Assembly: GCA_964246205.1 (NCBI GenBank) | Contig: CAXTQM010000002.1 | Location: 1 to 33,943 of the forward strand | DNA length: 33,943 bases | Reading direction: 5' to 3' | From: an uncultured Beijerinckiaceae bacterium | GTDB lineage: Bacteria > Pseudomonadota > Alphaproteobacteria > Rhizobiales > Beijerinckiaceae | In this document: positions 19,473 to 29,781 of the stretch, in pieces | How the letters are laid out: each line of letters begins with the position of its first letter | Position numbering within the stretch: the first letter of the stretch is position 1 | The notes under the pieces: model-generated | What the model saw: the letters and a program-made list of their open reading frames with translations, nothing else | Database searches by the model: none | What the model was told of the DNA's origin: nothing | Program-made: the position numbers and the translations under genes

Positions 19473-19497
19473 GGAACAGGGCTCCTCCGCTTTCGTT
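19473..19497 (+). promoter_or_regulatory. Sigma-EcfG-type promoter upstream of the esterase
   Basis: GGAAC-AGGGCTCCTCCGCTTT(16)-CGTT, 24 nt before GTG 19522, followed by a GGAGG RBS. Confidence 0.75.
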
Positions 19498-19521
19498 GCG
19501 GAGCGCGACGGAGGAACACAG

Positions 19522-20436
19522 GTGACGCTCGATCCCCAGGCCAAGACCGTGCTCGACGAACTCGCCGCCACGGCCGAGCCGATGCCGGCCGACGAGGGCG
19601 AATGGCTGCAAGGCTACCGCGAGGAACTCGACGTCATCGTCGAGATGCAGGGGCCGGCGCCGCGATGCCCGACGGTCAAGGCCATGGCCGGCGAGGTTGC
19701 GATGCGGCTCTACCGTCCCGCTGGCGCGGCACCACTGCCGACGTTCCTCTTCATTCATGGGGGCGGCTTCGTCGCCGGCTCGCTCGAAAGCTACGACATT
19801 CCGCTGCGCCATCTGGCGCTGCGCTCCGGCTGGCAGGTTGCGGCGGTGGATTACCGGCTGGCGCCCGAGCATCCGTTTCCGGCCGCGCCGGACGACTGCT
19901 TCGCCGCCTTGCGCGCGCTCCACGACGACGCGACCCTTGGCGCCAGCAGCCAGCCGATAGCGGTCGGCGGCGACAGCGCCGGCGGCCTGCTCGCTGCCGT
20001 GATGGCGATGCGCGCTCGCGACGCCGGCCTGAAGTTGGCTCTGCAGGTGCTGCTCTACCCCAATACCGACCTGCGGCCCGGTCCGCTCCATCCATCGCGC
20101 GTCGCACACGACGGCATCGTGATCCGCGTCGACGAGCTCTACCGCAGCCTCGATCTCTACGTCGCCGGGCACGACCGTGCCGCCGCCCACGTCTCGCCTC
20201 TGCTGGGCGGCGACCTGCGCGGGCTCTGCCCGGCACTGCTCGTCACCAACGAGGTGGATCCGCTGCGCGACGAGGCCGAAGCCTACGGCGAGCGGCTGCG
20301 CGAAGCCGGCGTGTCTGTCGAGGCGACCTTGCTCGAAGGCATGATCCACAGCTGCATGCAGCGCGGTGCCCGCATCGACGCCGGCGACGCGCTGATCACC
20401 ATGGTGGCGGAGCGGCTGCGGCGGCTTCGAGGCTGA
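19522..20436 (+). CDS. Alpha/beta hydrolase, HSL-family esterase
   Basis: HGGGF, VDYRLAPEHPFPAA..D, nucleophile motif GDSAGG, DPLRDE, GMIH. Confidence 0.92.
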   Translation: MTLDPQAKTVLDELAATAEPMPADEGEWLQGYREELDVIVEMQGPAPRCPTVKAMAGEVAMRLYRPAGAAPLPTFLFIHGGGFVAGSLESYDIPLRHLALRSGWQVAAVDYRLAPEHPFPAAPDDCFAALRALHDDATLGASSQPIAVGGDSAGGLLAAVMAMRARDAGLKLALQVLLYPNTDLRPGPLHPSRVAHDGIVIRVDELYRSLDLYVAGHDRAAAHVSPLLGGDLRGLCPALLVTNEVDPLRDEAEAYGERLREAGVSVEATLLEGMIHSCMQRGARIDAGDALITMVAERLRRLRG

Positions 20437-20567
20437 CTTGTCGGCGGCTCGCGCCTCGCGGCGCGGCACATAGCGTTTTCCGCTTCGCTCGAAGTCGAAC
20501 CTGCCGTAAGGCTGGCCATTGGTGCAGAGCGCCCGGCGCGTCCGCGCCCAACCGAAAAGCCAATTCC

Positions 20568-22289
20568 TTGCCCTTTCCCGACACTGCCCCGCCGCTCGCG
20601 CGCGCGCTCGCCGCGCACGGCTACGAGGATCCCACCCCGGTCCAGGCCGCCGTGATCGCGTCGGATGCAGCCGGCCGTGACCTCGTCGTCTCCGCCCGCA
20701 CCGGCTCCGGCAAGACAGTCGCCTATGGGCTCGCGCTTGCCGACACGCTGTTGCGCGGCGAGGAGAAGATGCCGCCGCAAGGGCCGCTGGCCCTAGTGAT
20801 CGCGCCGACCCGTGAGCTCGCGCTCCAGGTGCAGCGTGAGCTGGCCTGGCTCTACGCCGACACCGGCGCCGTCGTCGCCGCCTGCGTCGGCGGCATGGAT
20901 GCGCGCGCCGAGCGCCGGCTGCTGGAGCGCGGCGCCCACATCGTCGTCGGCACGCCCGGCCGCCTGCGCGACCACATCGAGCGCCGCGCCTTGAACTTCG
21001 AACACCTGCGCGCGGCGGTGCTCGACGAGGCCGACGAGATGCTCGACCTCGGCTTTCGCGAAGACCTTGAGTTCATCCTCGAAGCCACACCCGACGGCCG
21101 CCGCACGCTGCTCTTCTCCGCTACCTTACCCAAAGGCATTGTCGCCCTGGCCGGCCGCTTCCAGCGTGACGCGCTGCGGCTCGAGACCGGCGGCCAGGAG
21201 CGCGGCCATTCCGACATCGCCTATCGCGTCGTGCGGGTGAACGCCGCCGAGCGCGTCCACGCCATCGTCAACATCTTGCGCGAAAGCGACTCGCCGTCGG
21301 CCATCGTGTTCTGCAACACGCGCGACAGCGTCCGCCATCTTTCGGCAATGCTCGGCGAGCGCGGCTTCTCCGCCGTCACGCTGTCAGGCGAGCTCAGCCA
21401 GAACGAGCGCAACCACGCGCTCCAGGCTCTGCGTGACCATCGCGCCCGGGTCTGCGTCGCCACCGATGTTGCCGCGCGCGGGCTCGACCTGCCCAACCTC
21501 GGCCTGGTGATCCACGCCGACCTGCCGACCGACCCCTCTGTGCTGCAGCACCGCAGCGGCCGCACCGGTCGCGCCGGGCGCAAGGGCGTCTCGATCCTTC
21601 TGGCGCCGCCCGCTTCGCAGCGCCGCGCCGAGCGCCTGCTGGCTGGCGCCGGGCTGACGGCGCAGTGGGGCGGCCCACCGAGCGCGGACAGCATCCGCGA
21701 GCGCGATAACCAGCGCCTGCTGGCCGAGCCGGTGCTCGCCGACGAGCCCGACGAGGACGATCTCGTCATGGGCCGCCGCCTGCTCGAGGGCGCGCCGGCC
21801 GAGCGCATCGCCGCCGCGTTGGTGCGGCTCTACCGCGCCCGCCTGCCCGAGCCGGAGGACGTCGGTGATCCCGGCGGCATGCCGGCACGGGAGAAGGCGG
21901 GCCGCGGAGAAGCGCGCGAGCGCCGCGAGACCGGTTATGACCGCAACGCGCCGACCGGCAACGGCGGCGTGTGGTTCCGGCTCTCGGTCGGGCGCAAGAT
22001 GAACGCCGATCCGAAATGGCTGCTGCCGATGATCTGCAAGCGCGGCAACATCGAGAAGCGCGACGTCGGCGCGATCCGCATCTTCGATCGCGAGACCAAG
22101 GTGGAGATCATGCCCCGCGCGGCGGAAGGATTCGAGGCTGCCGTCGCCGTCCCCGGACCCAAGGGCGACAACGTCGCCTTCGAGCGCACCACCGCGCCGG
22201 GCGGAGTCGACGCGGCAGGGCCGCGGCCGAAGGCGCGCGAGGGCGAGCGACCGCAACCGAAGAACAGGGTGCGCCGCGCGGCGGGGTAG
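20568..22289 (+). CDS. DEAD-box RNA helicase with C-terminal DbpA-type RNA-binding domain (CsdA/DeaD-like)
   Basis: Q motif GY..PTPVQ, TGSGKT, PTRELA.Q, TPGR, DEAD, SAT, ATDVAARGLD, HRSGRTGRAG. Probable TTG start at 20568. Confidence 0.93.
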   Translation: MPFPDTAPPLARALAAHGYEDPTPVQAAVIASDAAGRDLVVSARTGSGKTVAYGLALADTLLRGEEKMPPQGPLALVIAPTRELALQVQRELAWLYADTGAVVAACVGGMDARAERRLLERGAHIVVGTPGRLRDHIERRALNFEHLRAAVLDEADEMLDLGFREDLEFILEATPDGRRTLLFSATLPKGIVALAGRFQRDALRLETGGQERGHSDIAYRVVRVNAAERVHAIVNILRESDSPSAIVFCNTRDSVRHLSAMLGERGFSAVTLSGELSQNERNHALQALRDHRARVCVATDVAARGLDLPNLGLVIHADLPTDPSVLQHRSGRTGRAGRKGVSILLAPPASQRRAERLLAGAGLTAQWGGPPSADSIRERDNQRLLAEPVLADEPDEDDLVMGRRLLEGAPAERIAAALVRLYRARLPEPEDVGDPGGMPAREKAGRGEARERRETGYDRNAPTGNGGVWFRLSVGRKMNADPKWLLPMICKRGNIEKRDVGAIRIFDRETKVEIMPRAAEGFEAAVAVPGPKGDNVAFERTTAPGGVDAAGPRPKAREGERPQPKNRVRRAAG

Positions 22290-22354
22290 GGATGGCACTT
22301 GCGCGGCAGAATGCCGGCACGATCGAGAAGTTCGTTCGCTTGCGGCCGAGTCCC

Positions 22355-23746
22355 TCAATCCTCAGGCGCGATCATCGTCTCGGGGCGCACGATGCGGTCG
22401 AACTCCTCGGCGCTGACGTAGCCGAGCGCCAAGGCCTCTTCGCGCAGCGTCGTGCCGTTCTTGTGCGCCGTCTTGGCAACCTTGGTCGCCTTGTCGTAGC
22501 CGATGGTCGGCGCCAGAGCCGTGACCAGCATCAGCGAGCGCTCGAGCAGCGCCTTGATCTGCCCCTCGTTGGCCTGCAGCCCCTCGACGCAATGCTCGCG
22601 GAACGAGTCCGCGGCATCGGCCAGCAGGCCGACGCTTTCCAGGAAGGCGAAGGCGATCACCGGCTTCATCACGTTTAGCTCGAACTGACCCTGGCTCGCG
22701 GCGAAGGCGACGGTGGTCTCGTTGCCCATCACGCGGGCGCAGACCATGGTCATGGCCTCGACCTGCGTCGGGTTGACCTTGCCCGGCATGATCGAGGAGC
22801 CCGGCTCGTTTTCTGGCAACAGAAGCTCGCCGATGCCGGATCGCGGGCCCGAGCCGGCGAGGCGAATGTCGCAAGCGATCTTGTAGAGCGCGGCGGCGAG
22901 CGAGTTCAGTGCGCCGTGGGCGAAGGAAAGCGCGTCGTGCGAGGCCAGCGCCTCGAACTTGTTGGGCGCGGTTTCGAACGGCAGGCCGGTGTAATCGGCG
23001 ATCTTTCTGGCGAAGGCGACGTCGAAGCCCTTCTTGGAATTAAGGCCGGTGCCCACCGCGGTGCCGCCTTGCGCCAACTGCAGCAGGCCGGGAAGGGTCA
23101 TCCTGATGCGCGCCTCGGCGTTGCCGATCATCGCGACGTAGCCGGAGAACTCCTGGCCGAGCGTTACCGGCGTCGCGTCCTGCAGGTGAGTGCGGCCGAT
23201 CTTGATGATGGAATCGAATGCCGCGCGCTTGGTGTCGAGCGCGGCGCGCAACTTGGCCAAGGCCGGCAGGAGCGTATGGCTGACTTCAGTCGCCGCCGCG
23301 ATGTGCATTGCGGTCGGGAAGGAATCGTTGGAGGATTGGCCGCGATTGACGTGATCGTTGGGGTGGATCGGCGTCTTGGTGCCGCGCGCGCCGCCGAGCA
23401 TCTCGTTGGCGCGGTTCGAGATGACCTCGTTGACGTTCATGTTGGACTGGGTGCCCGACCCGGTCTGCCACACCACCAGCGGAAAATGATCGTCGAGCGT
23501 ACCGCCCTCGATCTCCTTGGCGGCGGCGACGATCGCGTCGGCGAGCCTGGGCTCGAGCCCACCGACGGCTGCGTTCACTTCCGCCGCGGCGCGCTTCACC
23601 TTGGCGAGAGCGTGCACCACGGTGATCGGGACGTGCTGTCCGCCGATCGCGAAGTTTTGCTTGGAGCGCTGGGTCTGCGCACCCCAGAGACGATCCGCGG
23701 CAACTTCGATCGGGCCGAAACTATCCGTTTCCGAGCGGGCGGTCAT
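22355..23746 (-). CDS. fumC: Class II fumarate hydratase
   Basis: [68 protein letters not shown]. Confidence 0.97.
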   Translation of the reverse strand: MTARSETDSFGPIEVAADRLWGAQTQRSKQNFAIGGQHVPITVVHALAKVKRAAAEVNAAVGGLEPRLADAIVAAAKEIEGGTLDDHFPLVVWQTGSGTQSNMNVNEVISNRANEMLGGARGTKTPIHPNDHVNRGQSSNDSFPTAMHIAAATEVSHTLLPALAKLRAALDTKRAAFDSIIKIGRTHLQDATPVTLGQEFSGYVAMIGNAEARIRMTLPGLLQLAQGGTAVGTGLNSKKGFDVAFARKIADYTGLPFETAPNKFEALASHDALSFAHGALNSLAAALYKIACDIRLAGSGPRSGIGELLLPENEPGSSIMPGKVNPTQVEAMTMVCARVMGNETTVAFAASQGQFELNVMKPVIAFAFLESVGLLADAADSFREHCVEGLQANEGQIKALLERSLMLVTALAPTIGYDKATKVAKTAHKNGTTLREEALALGYVSAEEFDRIVRPETMIAPED

Positions 23747-23844
23747 GTCGCGATCCTGGGCGGAGGTGGGCCAAACAGCGGCGCGACCTCTTCAAACAGG
23801 ATTCAGGTCTTGTCAAAGACGGCGAAACAGCCGTCCCAGTCGGA

Positions 23845-24513
23845 TCAGTCGCTGCCGGTGCGCGAAAAGCGCTGACCGAGGAAGATCGGGTCGATCGCCT
23901 GCCAATCCCCGTCGTTGCCGAATTCGCCATTCGCGGCCAAAGCGAGCATGTCGGAGAGCCGGTTGCGGGCCCGGTTTACGCGACTCTTCATGGTGCCGAC
24001 GGCGCAATTGCAGACGTTCGCCGCCTCTTCGTAGGACATGCCCGAGGCGCCGATAAGGATCAGCGCCTCGCGCTGGTCCGTCGGCAGTCGCTGGAGAGCG
24101 GAGCGGAAGTCGAGGAAATCCATGTGCCCGTGCTGCGAAGGCGCGGCTGCCAGCTTGGCGGCGATCGCACCATCGGTGTCGGCGACCTCGCGGCGGCGCT
24201 TTCGATACTCCGAATAGTAGATGTTGCGCAGGATGGTGAAGAGCCAGGCAGGAAGGTTGGTGCCCTCGACGAAAGAACCGAGATTGCTCCAGGCCTTGAC
24301 CAGAGTCTCCTGGACCAGATCGTCGGCGCGGTCGGGATTTCCGCAGAGCGACACCGCGAAAGCGCGCAGGTTCGGAATGACGGCGATGAGATCCGCCTTC
24401 ATCTGAGCACTGGCCTGCGGACGCGTTGAGGCTACGGCGAGAGGTTCGGCGTCGAGCGAAGCAGCGCCGGCATTCGATTCCATGCCGGCGGGGGCCTTAT
24501 CGGCACCTGTCAT
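23845..24513 (-). CDS. ecfG: ECF sigma factor of the general stress response (EcfG/SigT/RpoE2 type)
   Basis: IPNLRAFAVSLCGN.DRADDLVQETLVKAW....F..GTNL.AWLFTILRN..YS..RKRRRE, QREALIL.GASG.SYEEAA..C.CAVGT.KSRVNRAR. Located downstream of nepR and divergent from phyR. Confidence 0.95.
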   Translation of the reverse strand: MTGADKAPAGMESNAGAASLDAEPLAVASTRPQASAQMKADLIAVIPNLRAFAVSLCGNPDRADDLVQETLVKAWSNLGSFVEGTNLPAWLFTILRNIYYSEYRKRRREVADTDGAIAAKLAAAPSQHGHMDFLDFRSALQRLPTDQREALILIGASGMSYEEAANVCNCAVGTMKSRVNRARNRLSDMLALAANGEFGNDGDWQAIDPIFLGQRFSRTGSD

Positions 24514-24704
24514 TCGGCGACCTTCGTCTGCACAGGCCGCGTCGGACTCGGCGCCACGACCGCATCCAGATCTTTCAACAGGTCGAGAAATCTGTCGGGC
24601 ACCGGTTGGGCAAGTAAGTCGTTGTATACGGAACGCAATTGTCGACCAATCTGGTCGGAGATCTCCGGCTTTGCAGTCGTTTTCTTGACGCGAAGGGACG
24701 ACAA
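24510..24704 (-). CDS. nepR: Anti-sigma factor NepR
   Basis: Core IGRQLRSVYNDLLAQPVPDRFLDLLKDL. The stop overlaps the ecfG ATG (ATGA). Start placed at TTG 24704 after GAGGT; the frame is open to 24875. Confidence 0.88.
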   Translation of the reverse strand: MSSLRVKKTTAKPEISDQIGRQLRSVYNDLLAQPVPDRFLDLLKDLDAVVAPSPTRPVQTKVAE

Positions 24705-24880
24705 AGGCTTACCTCGATGTTGTGGGCGTCGAACGATCGACGCAGCCTCGCACCCAATTCGAAACAAATCGTCTCCGTCCGTCAACGGTCTGGAGAGCAT
24801 GCTTTTCGACATCGACACGAACGTGAACTGTGGTAACGAACCCCTACGGCCCGGCGGCGAACCCATCGCAGCCACGGCTT

Positions 24881-24905
24881 AACGCGGCAAGCACGAAATT
24901 GTTCC
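24881..24905 (-). promoter_or_regulatory. Sigma-EcfG promoter for nepR-ecfG
   Basis: Minus strand reads GGAAC-AATTTCGTGCTTGCCG(16)-CGTT. Confidence 0.85.
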
Positions 24906-24913
24906 GGTCATCT

Positions 24914-24938
24914 GGAACCGATCGCCGCGAAGCGCGTT
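24914..24938 (+). promoter_or_regulatory. Sigma-EcfG promoter for phyR
   Basis: GGAAC-CGATCGCCGCGAAGCG(16)-CGTT. Confidence 0.85.
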
Positions 24939-24940
24939 AT

Positions 24941-24965
24941 AATGCGGAACTACGATGGAGGTTCC
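24941..24965 (-). promoter_or_regulatory. Possible second sigma-EcfG promoter towards nepR-ecfG
   Basis: Minus strand reads GGAAC-CTCCATCGTAGTTCCG(16)-CATT. Confidence 0.5.
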
Positions 24966-25000
24966 ATGAGAATCGCGTCGAGTGTGGTCCCGGGGTTTCG

Positions 25001-25813
25001 ATGTCGGTTTCTCAAGCGATTGCCTCCCATATCCCCTACCTGCGTCGTTTCTCTCGCGCACTGACAGGAAATCAATCCGGCGGCGATGCCTATGTGCTGG
25101 CGACGCTCGAGGCCATTGTCGCCGATCCGGCCAGTTTCGATGCCAGCAAGGATGTCCGCGCTTCGCTGTACAAGGCGTTCCTCCAGGTTTGGCGCTCGAT
25201 GCCGGTCAACGAGCACACAGACCAGGTCGAGCTTTCCAGCGACGAGCACGGCGCGCGCCGCAACCTCGAGGCCATCTCGCTGCGCCCGCGCATCGCCTTC
25301 CTGCTAAGCTCGCTCGAGGGCTTCGACACTGCGGAGGTCGCGCGCGTGCTCGAATGCACGCCGGGCGAAGCGGCCGGGCTGATCGATGCCGCCGGCAAGG
25401 AGATCGCCAACCAGATCCGCACCGACGTGCTGATCATCGAGGACGAACCTTTCATCGCGCTCGACCTGCAGACGCTGGTCGAGGAACTCGGCCATCGCGT
25501 GGTCAACGTGGCGCGCACCCATACCGAGGCGGTGGACGCCGTCGGTAGAGAGCGTCCGGGTCTCATCCTGGCGGACATCCAGCTCGCCGACGGCTCGTCC
25601 GGGCTTGAAGCGGTCAACCAGATCCTGGATACCTTCTCCGTGCCTGTGATCTTCATCACCGCCTATCCAGAGCGCTTCCTGACCGGAGCGCCACCGGAGC
25701 CGGCCTTCCTGATCACGAAGCCGTTCGGCGTCGACAGCCTCAAGGCGGTGATCAGCCAAGCGCTGTTCTTCGATCGCAAGTCTCATCGCAAGGAAGAGAT
25801 TGCCGTCGGCTAA
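25001..25813 (+). CDS. phyR: Anti-anti-sigma response regulator PhyR
   Basis: N-terminal sigma-like domain (HIPYLRRFSRALTG.Q..GDAYV.ATLE) plus C-terminal REC (VLIIEDEP.IA.DL, LADIQLADGSSG, FITAYPER.LTG..PEP.FLITKPF). Confidence 0.97.
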   Translation: MSVSQAIASHIPYLRRFSRALTGNQSGGDAYVLATLEAIVADPASFDASKDVRASLYKAFLQVWRSMPVNEHTDQVELSSDEHGARRNLEAISLRPRIAFLLSSLEGFDTAEVARVLECTPGEAAGLIDAAGKEIANQIRTDVLIIEDEPFIALDLQTLVEELGHRVVNVARTHTEAVDAVGRERPGLILADIQLADGSSGLEAVNQILDTFSVPVIFITAYPERFLTGAPPEPAFLITKPFGVDSLKAVISQALFFDRKSHRKEEIAVG

Positions 25814-25839
25814 GCGGCTTCGCAGCCGCGCCTCAAGGC

Positions 25840-26594
25840 TCAGCCCCTCGCGCCGAAACGCATCGCTGCCGAACCGCGAACATCGTCGGCGGCAGGAGTT
25901 TCGCGCGCGCCGACACCGCCACGCGGGCGACCCGTGCAAGCCCGGTGCGCCCAGCCGCCGATCGACGTCGTCGGCGTCATAGCGGATGTCGTCGAGGCGG
26001 GCAGGCCGAGAAAGCGGTAACCCGCCTCCAGCGCAGGCGCCGCCACCAGCGTCTCGTAGGTCAGGATCATCAGCCGCCCCGAAGCTTCGGGCGAGAAAAG
26101 CGCCTCGCGCAGCGCGTCGAGCGCGAAGCCGTCCATGCCGTCGCTCACCGCCAGCGCGCCGAAGCGGGAGTAGATCGTGCCGCCAGGATCGAAGTTGTGG
26201 ATGCGCGGGAGCTCCAGCGGGTCGGCGCGGTGCACCCGCTCCAGCGAGTCCATGATCCATTAAACGTCGCGGACGGCGCGAACAGGGGCAGCTTGGCGCA
26301 CCAGCCGCGCTAGGTGTCGATCGCCGTCGCGCCGGGCCCGAGGTCGGCGTAGTAGCCGGCGACCACGCCGCGCAGCACCGCCTCGCGCTTGCATTCGTCG
26401 AGGAACGGCGCGCCCTCGTTCTCCTGGCTCATGCCGCGCAGCATCAGCTGCACCAGCGACAGCAGCGGGCTCGACATGCCGGCGTGCACGGCCGGGTTCT
26501 GCCGCAGGATCGCGGCGAGCGAAGTCGGACCCGAGCGCGGCAGGCCGGCAATGACGTGAAAGCCGTGGTCTAATCCGGTCGTTGTCCCGGCCAA
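25840..26594 (-). pseudogene. Degraded sulfotransferase-family gene
   Basis: PAPS-loop-like IAGLPRSGPT.LAAILRQNP, an in-frame TAG at 26312-26310 (DT*RGWCAKLP), continuation in a second frame (WIMDSLERV...FDPGGTIYSRF...ALREA...LTYETL) and in a further shifted frame (DDIRYDADDVDRRLGAPGLH). 3' boundary approximate. Confidence 0.75.
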
Positions 26595-26893
26595 GCCAAG
26601 CCGTTCGATTGCGCAGGCGTAGTTGGTATGGACGAAGGCGACGCCGTTTTCCAGATTCTACCCGACGCAAGAAGATATGCGTAATCGCAATCAGCCCAAT
26701 CGATGGAAGGCGGCGTCAGCGCCTTCAGCAAGCGGCAACGGTTTGACGCACCCATGAGGTTCGGTGCGCCACCGGTCTGCGCCGGTCAGGTCGAGGCGAT
26801 TAACGAGTGCTACGCCTTCAACAGCGTCGCAGCTAGAGTCTTGCTCCGCTTTGTGGTCTGGCTCCTAGACGGGCGGGCCGAGGCGGGACAGGC

Positions 26894-29575
<2,682 letters not shown>

Positions 29576-29781
29576 TCGCTCGGTGCGAGCGGAACCGGCT
29601 CTCCTCCCGGTTATTCTACCTTCAGGCTGTTTGTCGACGGTGGCGTGTGACGCATCGCGCCGCAGAAAGGGCCGGGGCACCTCGCGAGGGGGTGTGTCCG
29701 CGAGCGACACTGGTGCCGCGGCACAATCGTTCCGTCGCACTACGCCGTTAGAAACGACGTGCCGTTCGCCAGGAGACGTCC

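Noticed and set aside
19602-20567. Apparent 322-aa N-terminal extension of the DEAD-box helicase (895-aa ORF)
   Set aside because: It overlaps the esterase in another frame and is low-complexity. Helicase homology begins at the TTG at 20568, so this is not a fusion.
29591-29615. GGAAC-N16-TATT upstream of the GH63-like glucosidase as an EcfG promoter
   Set aside because: The -10 box is a poor match and it lies about 165 nt from the start codon. Possible, but too weak to call.
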